Numbered from the stretch's first letter, positions 34,406 to 45,162 are shown. The stretch is 64,000 bases of DNA from Candidatus Brocadiia bacterium (GCA_050015075.1 JBEKCB010000003.1:32001-96000); one strand, 5' to 3'. Made by a program: numbers and translations. Notes: generated by a model from the sequence alone, not told the origin.

Positions 34406-37400
34406 CTACTTCGCCGTCGTTCCGGCCGCCTGAGGCGGGATGACCGGCTCCGCCGCGCCGAAGACGTAGGCGCAGAAATCATCCCAGGAGAACCGCAGGT
34501 CCTCCTCGGCGCTTGAGGGGCTGCCGTGCACCAGTTTCTCGAGGCTTTCGATGAGCCCGGAAGCCTGGCCCGTGAAGTTCGCCTCGCCGGTAGCCGCGTG
34601 CAGGTCGCGCAGCAGGCCGATCGAGCGGAGATCCTGCGCCGGGGCGGCTTTCAGCCTTGCGCCGAGGTCGTGCAGATACGCGGCTACGCGCGCGTCGCCG
34701 GTGGCGCGCAGATAGTCGCGCAATCCCGGAATCCACTGGCCGGTCTCCTGGGGATCCTCGGGCATGCGGAACAGGTAATCGGCACACTCGCCCGCGCGCT
34801 CGACCAGCACGGGGTCGTACCTCAGCGAAAGGAGTTCCACGAGGTTGTCCAGATACGCCATACCGTCGGCGCCGCAGGTGGCGGGCCCGTAGCTCTTCGC
34901 CGCCTCCGCCCAGAGGAGCGCGGCGTCGCGGGCGACGAGGTCGCCGCTGAGGTAGTATGCCAGCAGCGGCCCGAGAAGGCGCGCGTGGCGGTCGCTGACG
35001 CAGCAGGTGCTCTGCCAGTGCACGGGAGTCTTGTAATCCCCGAAGGCGCCGGCGATCTTGCGCCGGCGCGGATCGGCCAGCGCGGCGAGCGACGGCGTGG
35101 AATCATTGCACAGGTCCGTCGCGAGCACGTGCCGGAGGTTCCTCTGGGCGGCGATGAAGATGTCCGGCCGGCCGGTCTGCAGATAAAGCAGCCAGAGCGC
35201 GCCGGGCAGGTCTTCGCTGGCGCCCATCCAGTAGTTGCGCAGGCCCCAGCGTTGCTCCTCCGGCAGCCAATGGCGGCGCACGTCCATGAAGTTGAAGTCG
35301 CCGTCGGCGGGCGAGCGGTTCTCCATGGCGAGCAGGCGCGTGAGCATCGTGGCGGCGCGCTCGGTGCGCGACGGAGACAACATTTCCTGCAGCACGCCCG
35401 ACACGGCCAGGCTTTGGGCGTCCTGCACGGCGCAGGGGCACAGCTCGAAGGCGCGGGCGATCCCGCTGACCTCAAGCGGGTCCAGCGGACCCTTCACGAA
35501 CGTGTAGAGCATGTCGTAGGTCAACGCGATGCCGGCGGGATCGGAAACATCCATATTGCGGACCGCGTCGAAATCAAAAAGCCCGTTGCGGTCTTTCAAG
35601 CCGGAGGCGTAGGCGGCCGGCACACTCAGGTCCAGCAGGCACCCCGTCGTGGCGAAGCCGAGCTCGCCGACCGTCCTGCGGTCCACGTCCACCTTCAGGC
35701 CGCGCAGTCTTTCGTCTCCGTGGGGCGGCCAGAAATGGACGATGACGCGGCTTTCCGGCGTCACCTCGATTTCCTTCGGGTGGAGTTCGTCCATATCGCG
35801 CAGGTCCAAGGCGAAGCCGCGGTCCGGCGCGACTCCGGCGGCCCAGTTCTGCGCGTGGGCCGGATGGAGGTCCACCGTCGGCGGCTGCGTGAGGTTCCGA
35901 AGGAGAATGGTGTCCGGCGTGAGCTTCTGCAGATAGACCGCGCCGGTCTCCCGGATGGACTTGCGGAAAATCTCCGGGGTTCCGAAGACGGCATCGAAGC
36001 CGGTGTGGAAGTCCATGCGCTCCGTGATGCCGATGTCGCTCGGCTGACTGTGCCAGGTGCGCTCATTGAAGATGAAACTGCACTGCACGCGAAGAAACGG
36101 CTGTCCCAGGTACGCCGTAATGCGCAGCGAGCAGCGCCCGACGTCCTTCGTCCCGGGCCGGTCGGCGGCCAGGAGCCGGCCTTCCACGCGCAGCACCAGG
36201 CGCAGCTCGTTGTACTCTTCCAGTTCCACCCGTACCTTCGGATCATTGGCCAGGCGGTACACGGTGCCGTACGAATCCACCAGGTACGGGCCGGAGCCGC
36301 CGACCTCGGAGTTCAGAATCTGCCCGTTCGAGCCATAGTGGCCGTTGCCCGTCACGTCCACCCAGGTGTTTTCGATGCCGGAGAAGTGCTTATAGTTGAC
36401 GTTGAAGTACAGCGCGCCGGTGTTCACCCACCAGGCGTCGCCCGTGTCCGTGACCCAGGCGTCGGCGACCGCGTCGGAGCGCATGCCTTCGATGCTCCGG
36501 GTGAAGCCCCTGATGGCCGCGGTGGTCACCTCCGGCCCGTACTCGAGCGTGTAACGCTCGCCGCCCTTGCGCGCGATGTTGGCGCGGAAATCCAGCCCCA
36601 GCCAGCGGATGCTGCCGTCGGTCGGCCAGCGGGCGCGCACCTGCGCGCAACAGGGGACTTCATCGCCGTCCGGTCCGAGCAACCGGACGTTGCCCGGCGA
36701 ATAGATCGCTCCCATGGGAAGCGCCACGCCCGCGGTCATGGGCCATGAAGCGGCGGCTTTTGCTTTGACCGGAAGAGGCTGGACGAGGACGTTGAGCTTG
36801 CCGGCCCGTCGCGGATTCGCCGGAGCCGCAGGCTTCTTCACGGCGGCTTCCGCGCGTTCCAGGACTGTCCCTTCCTTGTCCAGCAGGTCCGCATGGAGCG
36901 CGAAATCGCCCGGCGGGAGACCGGCGACGTTCAGGACGAGGCTGACGCGCTCTCCACGGACGGGGAAGACCGCCGGAGTCGGGACGAATTTTTCCTGCGC
37001 CTCGTCGTTCGCCTCCAGGCGGACCCGCAGGTTGGTTTTGGCCAGGTCCGTGGAGCCCGGCTCGATGCGCACGACGGCGCGGAGCGTCTTATCGGGCGCG
37101 CCGACGGCCGCGTCCAGCACATAGAGCGTCAGGCGCGGAGCGACGACCTTCTGGTCGTACGCGGCGCGCTCCCCGAAAAATAACGTGCCCCAGACGGCGG
37201 GATTCGCGCGGTTGCCCATCGTGCTCGCCCAGGAGCAGCGCTCGCCGGTGACGGCGATATCGCGGCAGAAATTGACCCTCCACGACGCGCCCCGCGGCAG
37301 CTCCTTCACGCCGAGGCTCGCGAGCGGAATCGCCAGTTCGGCGTTCCAGCCTTCCGCCGTGCGCGAAGTCTGCACATCCCAGTCCGGCGACCATTGGACG

Positions 37401-37918
37401 CCCTCGCGCAGGCTCTTCTGGTATCGCGAGCCGTTCGGATCCACCGCAAAAAGGAAGAAATCATTCTCCCGCGCCGGGATCGAGATCCACACCTGCACGT
37501 TCTCCTCGCTCCAGACGCCTTTCAGCGGCTGCTTGAGCAGCGGCACTTGCGCGATGGCTGGCTCATGGCAGTCGAAAGCGATGTAAAGGTTCTTCTCGTC
37601 GCGGCAGACGCGCACACTGGTCGCGCGCGAGGGAATTCCGTCGGGCATGTCGGACTCGATGGCCTCCGCCGCGCAGCGGGTCCAGCACTCGTCGGTCAAC
37701 GTCCCGTCCACTGTCGGCGGCTTCACGATCGGGGCGACGGCGACTCGATGCTGCGCAGTCGGGATATGGGAGAATTTACGGTCGAGGACGAACAGCGAGG
37801 CGGTTTGCGCCGGAGCAACGGGAATGTGCAGGATCGCGGACACGGCCAGCGCAGCGCAGATCAGGATGGGCGTGCTGCTGCGCCCCATGCGCGCACGCTT
37901 GGTTTCCCCCACCCGCAT
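34406..37918 (-). CDS. Large secreted carbohydrate-active-like protein (CBM9/DOMON-type N-domain plus RIFT/exo-rhamnogalacturonan-lyase-like region)
   Basis: Signal peptide; PTVDGTL.D.CW, D..NLYIAF.C, W.AELAIP...LG, WRVNFCR (CBM9-like); P.T.GV.LP.G, WPTDGSIRW (RIFT-like); helical C-terminus. Confidence 0.7.
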   Translation of the reverse strand: MRVGETKRARMGRSSTPILICAALAVSAILHIPVAPAQTASLFVLDRKFSHIPTAQHRVAVAPIVKPPTVDGTLTDECWTRCAAEAIESDMPDGIPSRATSVRVCRDEKNLYIAFDCHEPAIAQVPLLKQPLKGVWSEENVQVWISIPARENDFFLFAVDPNGSRYQKSLREGVQWSPDWDVQTSRTAEGWNAELAIPLASLGVKELPRGASWRVNFCRDIAVTGERCSWASTMGNRANPAVWGTLFFGERAAYDQKVVAPRLTLYVLDAAVGAPDKTLRAVVRIEPGSTDLAKTNLRVRLEANDEAQEKFVPTPAVFPVRGERVSLVLNVAGLPPGDFALHADLLDKEGTVLERAEAAVKKPAAPANPRRAGKLNVLVQPLPVKAKAAASWPMTAGVALPMGAIYSPGNVRLLGPDGDEVPCCAQVRARWPTDGSIRWLGLDFRANIARKGGERYTLEYGPEVTTAAIRGFTRSIEGMRSDAVADAWVTDTGDAWWVNTGALYFNVNYKHFSGIENTWVDVTGNGHYGSNGQILNSEVGGSGPYLVDSYGTVYRLANDPKVRVELEEYNELRLVLRVEGRLLAADRPGTKDVGRCSLRITAYLGQPFLRVQCSFIFNERTWHSQPSDIGITERMDFHTGFDAVFGTPEIFRKSIRETGAVYLQKLTPDTILLRNLTQPPTVDLHPAHAQNWAAGVAPDRGFALDLRDMDELHPKEIEVTPESRVIVHFWPPHGDERLRGLKVDVDRRTVGELGFATTGCLLDLSVPAAYASGLKDRNGLFDFDAVRNMDVSDPAGIALTYDMLYTFVKGPLDPLEVSGIARAFELCPCAVQDAQSLAVSGVLQEMLSPSRTERAATMLTRLLAMENRSPADGDFNFMDVRRHWLPEEQRWGLRNYWMGASEDLPGALWLLYLQTGRPDIFIAAQRNLRHVLATDLCNDSTPSLAALADPRRRKIAGAFGDYKTPVHWQSTCCVSDRHARLLGPLLAYYLSGDLVARDAALLWAEAAKSYGPATCGADGMAYLDNLVELLSLRYDPVLVERAGECADYLFRMPEDPQETGQWIPGLRDYLRATGDARVAAYLHDLGARLKAAPAQDLRSIGLLRDLHAATGEANFTGQASGLIESLEKLVHGSPSSAEEDLRFSWDDFCAYVFGAAEPVIPPQAAGTTAK

Positions 37919-38029
37919 GGCCGGTCGCTCCTCCTGCAAGCACATCAACTAATACAGCTTGCGACGGCCGGTGTCAAGCATTTTATCGCGTCGCCATACG
38001 GCCCAGTTCCGCAGGCGCGCGGCGGACCG

Positions 38030-39334
38030 TCAGGGATTCTCGGCGGGAAGGGTTTGCGGAACGCGCCGGATGACGCCGCCCATTTTCCGGATGGCGCCGA
38101 AGTGCCTCGGGGCGATCCGCACGGACATCCGCACCACCTCTTCGCCGTAATGGCGCGAAAGCACCTCCGCGTGCTCGGCGAGGAACGCCTGCAGCTTGCC
38201 CGCGCCTGGCGGCATCGTCAGGGCGACCTGGACCGCGTTCCGATCGAGGATGGCGCGGATGCGCACGCAGAGAGCCTCGATGCCCGCTCCGGTGGCCGCG
38301 GAGATCATCACCGCGCCGTCGAATCGGCGCCGCAGCACCGGCAGGTGGGCCTCTTCCTCGATCAGGTCCACCTTGTTGCCGACGCAGAGGATCGCATGGT
38401 CTGCGCAGCCGATCTGGCGCAGCACGTCCATTACCGCATCCATCTGCTGTTCCGCCTGGGGCGAGCTGACATCCACCACGTGCAGCAGCAGGTCGGCCTG
38501 GCGCGCCTCCTCGAGCGTGGCATGGAACGAGGCGACCAGTTGGTGCGGCAGGTGGCGGATGAAGCCGACGGTGTCGCTCAGCAGGATCTTGCGGCCCTCG
38601 CCGAGGTCGCACGCGCGGGTGCGCGTGTCGAGCGTGGAGAAAAGTTTGTCGTCGGCGAGGACGCCGGCGCCGGTGAGGGCGTTCATCAGGGTGGACTTGC
38701 CGGCGTTCGTGTAGCCGACGAGGCAGGCGGTGATCTCGTCGTTGCGCGAGGCCGCCTCGAGCGCGCGCCGCCGGCCGGTGTGCTCGATGCGGCGCTTCAG
38801 GTCCTCGATGCGCCGGCGGACCAGGCGGCGGTCGGTCTCGATCTGGCGCTCGCCGGGCCCGCGCATGCCGATGCCGCCCTCGACGCGTTCGAGATGCGTC
38901 CACATGCGCCGCAGCCGCGGGAAGGCGTACTCGAGCTGCGCCAGTTCCACCTGGTCGCACGCCTCGGCGGTGCGCGCGCCGCGCGCGAAGATATCGAGGA
39001 TCAGCTCCGTGCGGTCAATGACCTTCCGGTCGGTGATCTCTTCCAGGTTGCGGACCTGGGCCGCGCTGAGGTCCACGTCCATGATGACGACGTCGACGTT
39101 CTGGACGCGGCAGAGTTCGGCCAGCTCCTCGACCTTGCCCTTGCCGAGGTACGTGGCGCCGTCGGGCAGGCGGCGATGCTGGACCATTTCGGCGACGATG
39201 ACCGCGTGGGCCGTCGCGGCGAGGCGGCGTATTTCTTCGAGCGATTCCCGCGCGACCGTGGCGCTCTCGGTCGAAGCGCCCACCAGCACGGCCCGCTCGG
39301 CCGCCACGGCCAGTTCGGTGCGTTTCAGTTCCAC
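38030..39334 (-). CDS. hflX: GTPase HflX
   Basis: DRTELILDIFA, GPGE.QIETDRR, GYTNAGKSTL, LFSTLD, DTVGFI, NKVD. Confidence 0.96.
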   Translation of the reverse strand: MELKRTELAVAAERAVLVGASTESATVARESLEEIRRLAATAHAVIVAEMVQHRRLPDGATYLGKGKVEELAELCRVQNVDVVIMDVDLSAAQVRNLEEITDRKVIDRTELILDIFARGARTAEACDQVELAQLEYAFPRLRRMWTHLERVEGGIGMRGPGERQIETDRRLVRRRIEDLKRRIEHTGRRRALEAASRNDEITACLVGYTNAGKSTLMNALTGAGVLADDKLFSTLDTRTRACDLGEGRKILLSDTVGFIRHLPHQLVASFHATLEEARQADLLLHVVDVSSPQAEQQMDAVMDVLRQIGCADHAILCVGNKVDLIEEEAHLPVLRRRFDGAVMISAATGAGIEALCVRIRAILDRNAVQVALTMPPGAGKLQAFLAEHAEVLSRHYGEEVVRMSVRIAPRHFGAIRKMGGVIRRVPQTLPAENP

Positions 39335-39496
39335 GTCGCTTGCGGGCGAACCTCCATGTCTTGCTTCAACGCGTTGTGGCGCTGCGTCTTACGACGACAT
39401 GACGACGCGTCCCCTCGGCGCCGTCTTTCCGCTGCGCTTGCACATTTCACTATAACAAGCGCAGGCTCCGCGCGTCAACCGCCTGAAGCCGGACAC

Positions 39497-40972
39497 TCAC
39501 GACTGTGGCTTCACTTCCCACCCGCCGCCGAGCGCCTTGTAGAGGGAGATCAGGTCCGTGGCGATGGCCAGGTTGCTCTGCGCGAGCGCGTCCTGAGAGG
39601 ACAGCAGCGCCTGTTCCGCCACGATCACGTTGAGAAAATCGGTCAGCCCCTGCTTGTAAAGTTGCGTGGCCAGGTCCACCGACTTGGTGTTGGCTTTGAC
39701 GGCCTGGTCGAGCAACTGACGATGCTGCTGCTCCAGCGCAAACGCCACCAGCGAGTTTTCCACATCCTGCAGCGCACCCAACACGGCCTTCTGGTAAGCC
39801 AGGAACGCCTGTTCCTGCAGGGCCTTCTGCACCTCGACGTTCGCCTCGATGCGGCCGGCGGTGAAGATCGGCCACGTGACCGATGGCCCCAGCGACCAGA
39901 GCGAGTTGCCGGAGCGGAGCAGCGAGCGGGCCCGGTCGCTTTCGTAGCCGAACGCGCCGGTCAGCGAGAACTGCGGGTACCACGCGGAGACGGCGACGCC
40001 GATCTGCGCGGTGGCGGCGTGGACCAACTCCTCGCTCTGGCGGACGTCCGGCCGGCGCTCGAGCAGGGCCGAGGGCAGCCCGACGGGCACTTGCGCCGGC
40101 GCCTGCGGGATCGGCCCGGGCACGGAGAGTTCCTCCTTGAGCGCCGCCGGCGGCCGCGCGAGGAGCACGCTCAATGCGTAGATGGTCTGCCGCTCGCTGG
40201 TCTCCAGGGGCGGAATCGTCGCCTCGGTGGTGGCCACGAGCGCGTCGGCATTGGCCACGTCGAGGTTGGTGGCCAGCCCGCCCTGGAACTTCTGGTGGGT
40301 CAACTCGGCGGTGTTCTTTTGCGCCTTGAGATTGTCGTTGGCGATCTGGATGCGCTGCTGGAAGGCGCGCAGGTCCGCGTAGTCGGTCGCCACCTCCGCG
40401 ATCACAGTGATCTGCACGTCGCGCAGGTTCCAGACGGCGGCGTCAATGTTGGCGTCGGCGGACTCGATATTGCGGCGGACGCCGCCGAAAATATCCAGTT
40501 CCCACGTGGCGTCGAGGCCGGCCTGGAACAAGTCCCCCGCGCGGCCGGTGCCGCCGGCGCCGCGGCCGGTGGCGCTGCGCGTGTACGATCCGGTGCCGTT
40601 CACCGTCGGCCAGAAGGCCGACGCCGTCACGTTGCGCGTCGCCCGCGCCTGCCACAGCGCCGCTACGGCCGTGCGCAGGTCCAGGTTCGCCTTGAGCGCG
40701 TCACCCACCAGTTGAGTCAGCTTCGGATCTTTCAGGACGGCCCACCATTCGATGAGCTGGGGCGTCTCGGTCGTCGCGATGCTCGTCTGGGCGGGCGCGG
40801 CCACGGTGGTGCCGTCCCAGCCGGCGGGGAGTTCCGTCTCCGTCTTCGTCGGGTGAAAGTCCGGCCCGACCGTGCAGCCGGCGATGAGCAGCGCCGGCGC
40901 GCCGAGGAGGCCCGCGGAGAGCCAGGTGCAGCGGCGCAGTTTGTGCAGAATTCGCGCGGCCATGATTCCCAT
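39497..40972 (-). CDS. Outer-membrane efflux lipoprotein (NodT/OprM/TolC family)
   Basis: IAG-CTVGPDF lipobox, WELDIFGG, PSALLERRPDV, LYKALGGGW. Start approximate. Confidence 0.92.
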   Translation of the reverse strand: MGIMAARILHKLRRCTWLSAGLLGAPALLIAGCTVGPDFHPTKTETELPAGWDGTTVAAPAQTSIATTETPQLIEWWAVLKDPKLTQLVGDALKANLDLRTAVAALWQARATRNVTASAFWPTVNGTGSYTRSATGRGAGGTGRAGDLFQAGLDATWELDIFGGVRRNIESADANIDAAVWNLRDVQITVIAEVATDYADLRAFQQRIQIANDNLKAQKNTAELTHQKFQGGLATNLDVANADALVATTEATIPPLETSERQTIYALSVLLARPPAALKEELSVPGPIPQAPAQVPVGLPSALLERRPDVRQSEELVHAATAQIGVAVSAWYPQFSLTGAFGYESDRARSLLRSGNSLWSLGPSVTWPIFTAGRIEANVEVQKALQEQAFLAYQKAVLGALQDVENSLVAFALEQQHRQLLDQAVKANTKSVDLATQLYKQGLTDFLNVIVAEQALLSSQDALAQSNLAIATDLISLYKALGGGWEVKPQS

Positions 40973-41000
40973 AACTTCCATTCCTCTCAGTCCAGGTTGC

Positions 41001-42377
41001 TCACTCGTAGCGCAGCGCGTCAATCGGATCGAGGCGCGAGGCTCTCCACGCCGGGTAGAACCCGAAGGAGACGCCGACGCTGACGGACACGAAAACCGCC
41101 GCGATGATTGCGGCGACGGAGAGTTCGGTCGGCCAGTGCAGGAGCTTGGTCACCATGTACGAACTGCCCAATCCCATCCCGATGCCGACCAGGCCGCCGC
41201 TGAAGCACAGGAGGATCGCCTCGGTGAGGAACTGCCAGAGGATATCGCGCGGGCGGGCGCCGACGGCCATGCGCAGGCCGATCTCGCGGGTTCGCTCGGT
41301 GACGGAGACCAGCATGATATTCATGATCCCCACGCCGCCCACGACGAGCGAAATCAGCGCCACGCACAACAGCAGCGTGCCCATCAGCGTGGTCGTGGAG
41401 CTCAGTGCCTTGGTGATCTCGGTCATGTCGCGGATTCGGAAATCGTCCGGGTCGTCCATCTTGACGCGGTGCCGCTCGCGCAGGAGGCCGGTGATCTGGC
41501 TGATCGCCTGCGGTATGGCGTCCGAGCTCTGGGCCGCGACCAGGATCTGGCTCAGATTGATGAAGCGCACGGACAGGGGCGTGTCGGCGGCCTCCGAGGC
41601 CGAGGGCGCCGGGTACAGCGCGTCGGTCTCCACGCCGGCCGAGGTCGGGTAGATCTGGTCGAGCGTGCTGGTGGTGGTGATCGTGGTCGTCACGGTCGGG
41701 GCGTGGCTGGCGTTCGCGCCGGTCACGCGGAACTTGATCGAGGTCCAGGGCGCCAGCAGGATGTCGTCCTGGTCCCAGCCCATCATGTTGGCGCCCTTTT
41801 TCGAGAGGACGCCGACGACTTTGAACAAGACCGGTCCCACGCGGATCTCTTTGCCCACGGGCGACTGGTCCTGGAAGAGTTCGTGCACGAGCGTCTGCCC
41901 GACCAGGCAGACCTCGGCGGCGTTGCGGACGTCGGCGTCAGTGAAGCATTCGCCCTCGGACAGGTGCGACCAGTTGCGCACTTGGAGGAATTCGGGCGTA
42001 GTGCCGTACATCTGCTGCGGCTGCCAGTTCTGGTTGCCGTAAATGATCTGCGCGCCGGCCCAGACGATCGGCGCGGCGACGGTGATCGCGGGACACTCGC
42101 GGGCGATGGCATCGCAGTCGCCGGGCGTGAGGTTCATCGAGCTGCCGGCGCCCTGCCGGATGCCGGCGACGTTGGGCTGGCCGGGCATAACCAGCAGCGT
42201 GTTGGCGCCCATGTTCTCGATGATCTTCTTCATGGAGCTCGAGGAGCCCTTGCCGATCTCGACCATCGTGATCACCGCGGCGATGCCGATGACGATGCCG
42301 AGCGTCGTCAGCGCCGCGCGCATGATATTGCGGCTCAGGGCCTTGGTGGCCGTCCGGAAGGTATGTTGATGCCTCAT
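41001..42377 (-). CDS. MacB-like ABC transporter permease
   Basis: LTTLGIVIGIAAVI, VGGVGIMNIMLVSVTERTREIGLRMAVGA, LDPIDALRYE. Confidence 0.93.
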   Translation of the reverse strand: MRHQHTFRTATKALSRNIMRAALTTLGIVIGIAAVITMVEIGKGSSSSMKKIIENMGANTLLVMPGQPNVAGIRQGAGSSMNLTPGDCDAIARECPAITVAAPIVWAGAQIIYGNQNWQPQQMYGTTPEFLQVRNWSHLSEGECFTDADVRNAAEVCLVGQTLVHELFQDQSPVGKEIRVGPVLFKVVGVLSKKGANMMGWDQDDILLAPWTSIKFRVTGANASHAPTVTTTITTTSTLDQIYPTSAGVETDALYPAPSASEAADTPLSVRFINLSQILVAAQSSDAIPQAISQITGLLRERHRVKMDDPDDFRIRDMTEITKALSSTTTLMGTLLLCVALISLVVGGVGIMNIMLVSVTERTREIGLRMAVGARPRDILWQFLTEAILLCFSGGLVGIGMGLGSSYMVTKLLHWPTELSVAAIIAAVFVSVSVGVSFGFYPAWRASRLDPIDALRYE

Positions 42378-43120
42378 GTCGGAACTCCTTTTTCCGTCTC
42401 AGCGCCGTCGCCGGCGGCGGCCGACGCGGCGGAAGCGATCCCGTCGCTGCCGATGACGCCGTCGCGGATACGAATGATGCGCTTCGCGTGCGCCGCCACG
42501 CCCGGGTCGTGCGTGACCAGCAGGATCGTAATGCCCTGGTCGCGGTTCAGCTCTTCGAACATGCGCAGGATCTCCACGCTGCTCTTGGAGTCCAGGTTGC
42601 CGGTCGGCTCGTCGGCGAGGAGGAACTGCGGGCGGTTGATCAGCGACCGCGCGATGGCCACGCGCTGCTGTTGCCCGCCGGAGAGCTGCGAGGGTTCATG
42701 GTCCATGCGGTCGCCGAGGCCCACGCGTTTGAGCATCTCCGCCGCGCGCTCGCGCCGCTCGTGTTCCGTGCCGGTGTCGGCCGAGTAGCCGATCGGCATC
42801 ATCACGTTCTCCAGCGCGCTGGTTCGCGAGAGCAGGTTGAAAGTCTGGAAGACGAAGCCGATCATGCGGTTGCGCAAGTCCGCGCGCTCGTTGGCGGAGG
42901 CCCCGGAGATCTCGTTGCCGTCCAGCCAGTAGTTGCCGGAGGTCGGGTGGTCCAGGCAGCCGATGATGTTCATCAAGGTACTCTTCCCCGAGCCGCTGAC
43001 GCCCATGAGGGCGACCAGCTCGCCGCGCTCGATGGACAGCGAAATCCCCTTCAGCACCGGCAGGTCAATCTCGCCGAGGTGATAGGTCTTGTAGACGTCC
43101 TTGAGTCTGAGCAATTCCAT
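42374..43120 (-). CDS. MacB/LolD-type ABC ATP-binding subunit
   Basis: GVSGSGKST, LSGGQQQRVAIAR, ADEPTGNLD, VTHD. Confidence 0.94.
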   Translation of the reverse strand: MELLRLKDVYKTYHLGEIDLPVLKGISLSIERGELVALMGVSGSGKSTLMNIIGCLDHPTSGNYWLDGNEISGASANERADLRNRMIGFVFQTFNLLSRTSALENVMMPIGYSADTGTEHERRERAAEMLKRVGLGDRMDHEPSQLSGGQQQRVAIARSLINRPQFLLADEPTGNLDSKSSVEILRMFEELNRDQGITILLVTHDPGVAAHAKRIIRIRDGVIGSDGIASAASAAAGDGAETEKGVPT

Positions 43121-43170
43121 GCTGCGATCCTTTGCTGGACGCTCCAGCCGGCTTGCGACGGCCCGCGAGA

Positions 43171-44553
43171 CTACCTCTTGCGCGCCGGCAACTGCGGCGT
43201 GAACGGGTTGGTGTTTGCGTTCGTGGCCTGCTGGACGGCCCCCGGCGTGATGTCGCCGGTGATGACCTCGAGGCCTTCATCGATCCCGTCGCCGGTGACC
43301 TCTGTGTTGAGGCCGTCGGTCATGCCCACCTTCACCGAGATCGACTTCACGTACGCGCCGTCAACCACCCAGACCCTCGCGCGCGTCCGGCGCGTGCCGG
43401 ACGCCTTGGCCTGCTGGCCGCTGTCGGCGCCGTCCTTCGACGTCTGCGCCTGCGCGTCGCCGCTGGAGGCGTCCGTCTGGCCCTTGCCGCCAGTGGCGCC
43501 GCGGGCGAACGGGCCCCGCTGCGCGGGCGTCGGCGTCCAGCGCAACGCGGCGTTGGGAACCAACAGGATTTTATCCTTCCGGCCCGTCTCGAACCACGCG
43601 TTGGCGGTGAGATAAGGCAGCAGCTTGCCGTTGCTGTTGTCGGTGGTGACCTCAACGGTATAAGTCACCACGTTCGAGGTCATCGTGGCGTTAAGCCGCA
43701 CCCGGTTCACGGTCCCGTCGAAGGTCTGGTTCGGGAAGGCGTCCACCGTGAACTTGACCGGCTGATTCTCGTAGATGCCGCCGACGTCCGCCTCGTTCAC
43801 CGCCGCCCAGATCTCCAGTTTCGTGAGGTCCTTGGCGATCAGGAACAGGCTCGGCGAACTTAAGCTGGAGACCACCGTCTCGCCGATATTGACGCGCCGG
43901 TCAATGATGGTGCCTTTGACCGGCGAGGTGATCGTGCAGTAGGCCAGGTTGGTCTTGCATTGGTCCACGGCGGCCTTGTCCTGAGCCACGACGGCTTCGG
44001 CCACCTTGATATTGGCGACGTCCTCTTCCACGTTGGCCTTCGCCGTTTCGAAGGTGGCCTTATACTGGTCGTAAGTCGTATCGGCGAGCGCCCCGGTCTT
44101 GGTGTTCCAGAGGGTCTGCGCCCGGTTCCAATCGTTCGTGGCCTGTTCGAGCACCGCCTTCTTCATCTCCAGGTCCGCCTGCGCTTTCGGCACGGCCGCC
44201 TCGGCCTGCTCCAGAATCGCCTGCGCCGAGTCCAGGGCGGCTTGATAGATCTGAGGGTCTATCCTCGCCAGGACCGTGTCCTCCGACACCACCGAATCGT
44301 AGTCCACCGGCTTGCCGTTCACGTCCGTGCCGAAGGAGCGGATGACGCCGGCGACCTGCGCGCCGACGTCCACGACCTCGATCGGCTCGATCGTCCCGGT
44401 CGCCGAGACCGTGGAGACAATGTCGCCGCGCGTGACCGCCGCGAGCCTGAATTTCGCGGTGGTTTCGGCCTCGCGATGGGCATACCAGTACACTCCGGCT
44501 CCAATGCCGCCCAGCACGATTACGACCAGGACGATTATGATCGCGTTTCGCAT
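43171..44553 (-). CDS. MacA-like periplasmic adaptor (MFP)
   Basis: N-terminal TM, VSATGTIEP, VGAQVAG, ITSPVKG, VNEADVG, VPNAALR. Confidence 0.92.
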   Translation of the reverse strand: MRNAIIIVLVVIVLGGIGAGVYWYAHREAETTAKFRLAAVTRGDIVSTVSATGTIEPIEVVDVGAQVAGVIRSFGTDVNGKPVDYDSVVSEDTVLARIDPQIYQAALDSAQAILEQAEAAVPKAQADLEMKKAVLEQATNDWNRAQTLWNTKTGALADTTYDQYKATFETAKANVEEDVANIKVAEAVVAQDKAAVDQCKTNLAYCTITSPVKGTIIDRRVNIGETVVSSLSSPSLFLIAKDLTKLEIWAAVNEADVGGIYENQPVKFTVDAFPNQTFDGTVNRVRLNATMTSNVVTYTVEVTTDNSNGKLLPYLTANAWFETGRKDKILLVPNAALRWTPTPAQRGPFARGATGGKGQTDASSGDAQAQTSKDGADSGQQAKASGTRRTRARVWVVDGAYVKSISVKVGMTDGLNTEVTGDGIDEGLEVITGDITPGAVQQATNANTNPFTPQLPARKR

Positions 44554-44561
44554 GGTTTCAC

Positions 44562-45074
44562 CTATCGCTCCAAAGTTTGGGCGCTTTGCAGGCGGCGCGC
44601 GCCGCCGGCGTCGGCGTTATAGGCCTTCAGGTGGTCATCCAGTTGATCCAGCAGCCGGGCGAGCGTGGCCTGTTGCCGCAGGGTCAGGCCTCGCATGAGC
44701 GCCTGGATCTCCCCGGCGTGCACGGCGAGCACGCGCTCGATCACCGCGCGGCCTTCGTCCGTCAGCCGGACGCGCCGCACGCGCAAATCCTCCTCCTCCT
44801 TGCTCCGCGCGACCAGGCCTTCGCGCTCGAGACGGTCCACCACGCCGGTGACGCTGGGCGGCTGGATAAAGAGCCGCTCGCCCAGGTCGCGCAGCCGCAT
44901 CCCGCCTGCGGCGCCTTCCTGCTCGGACCGGTGCAGCACGATCAGCACCGCCCACTGCGGCCGGCTGATGCCGAAACGGGCGAAATACGGCTCCATCGCC
45001 TTCTTCAGCGACCCGAAGGCGCGCAGCAGGGACCGATGGGCATGCTCGGCGGGCAGCATTTTTATCGCACCCAT
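44562..45074 (-). CDS. MarR family regulator
   Basis: GIS.PQWAVL, PSVTGVVDRLEREGLV.R, DLRVRRVRLT..G. Confidence 0.92.
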   Translation of the reverse strand: MGAIKMLPAEHAHRSLLRAFGSLKKAMEPYFARFGISRPQWAVLIVLHRSEQEGAAGGMRLRDLGERLFIQPPSVTGVVDRLEREGLVARSKEEEDLRVRRVRLTDEGRAVIERVLAVHAGEIQALMRGLTLRQQATLARLLDQLDDHLKAYNADAGGARRLQSAQTLER

Positions 45075-45111
45075 GGCAACTCCATCCTCTGGTTTGGCAC
45101 TGCTGACCGGA

Positions 45112-45162
45112 TAGTTCGTTTGCTAACTAACCAATATTACACCTTCCGCCGCGCCCTGTCAA
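45112..45162 (-). promoter_or_regulatory. Sigma70 promoter and probable MarR operator
   Basis: - strand TTGACA-N17-TAATAT; palindrome TAGTT-N8-AACTA at 45112-45129. Confidence 0.7.

Noticed and set aside
37394-41083. Very long + strand ORF (1229 aa) and similar shadows (2916-5789, most of 56074-58704, 34526-36748, 26980-28989)
   Set aside because: These are antisense to well-supported genes and are typical stop-poor shadow frames in high-GC DNA. Only 56074-56265 is kept.
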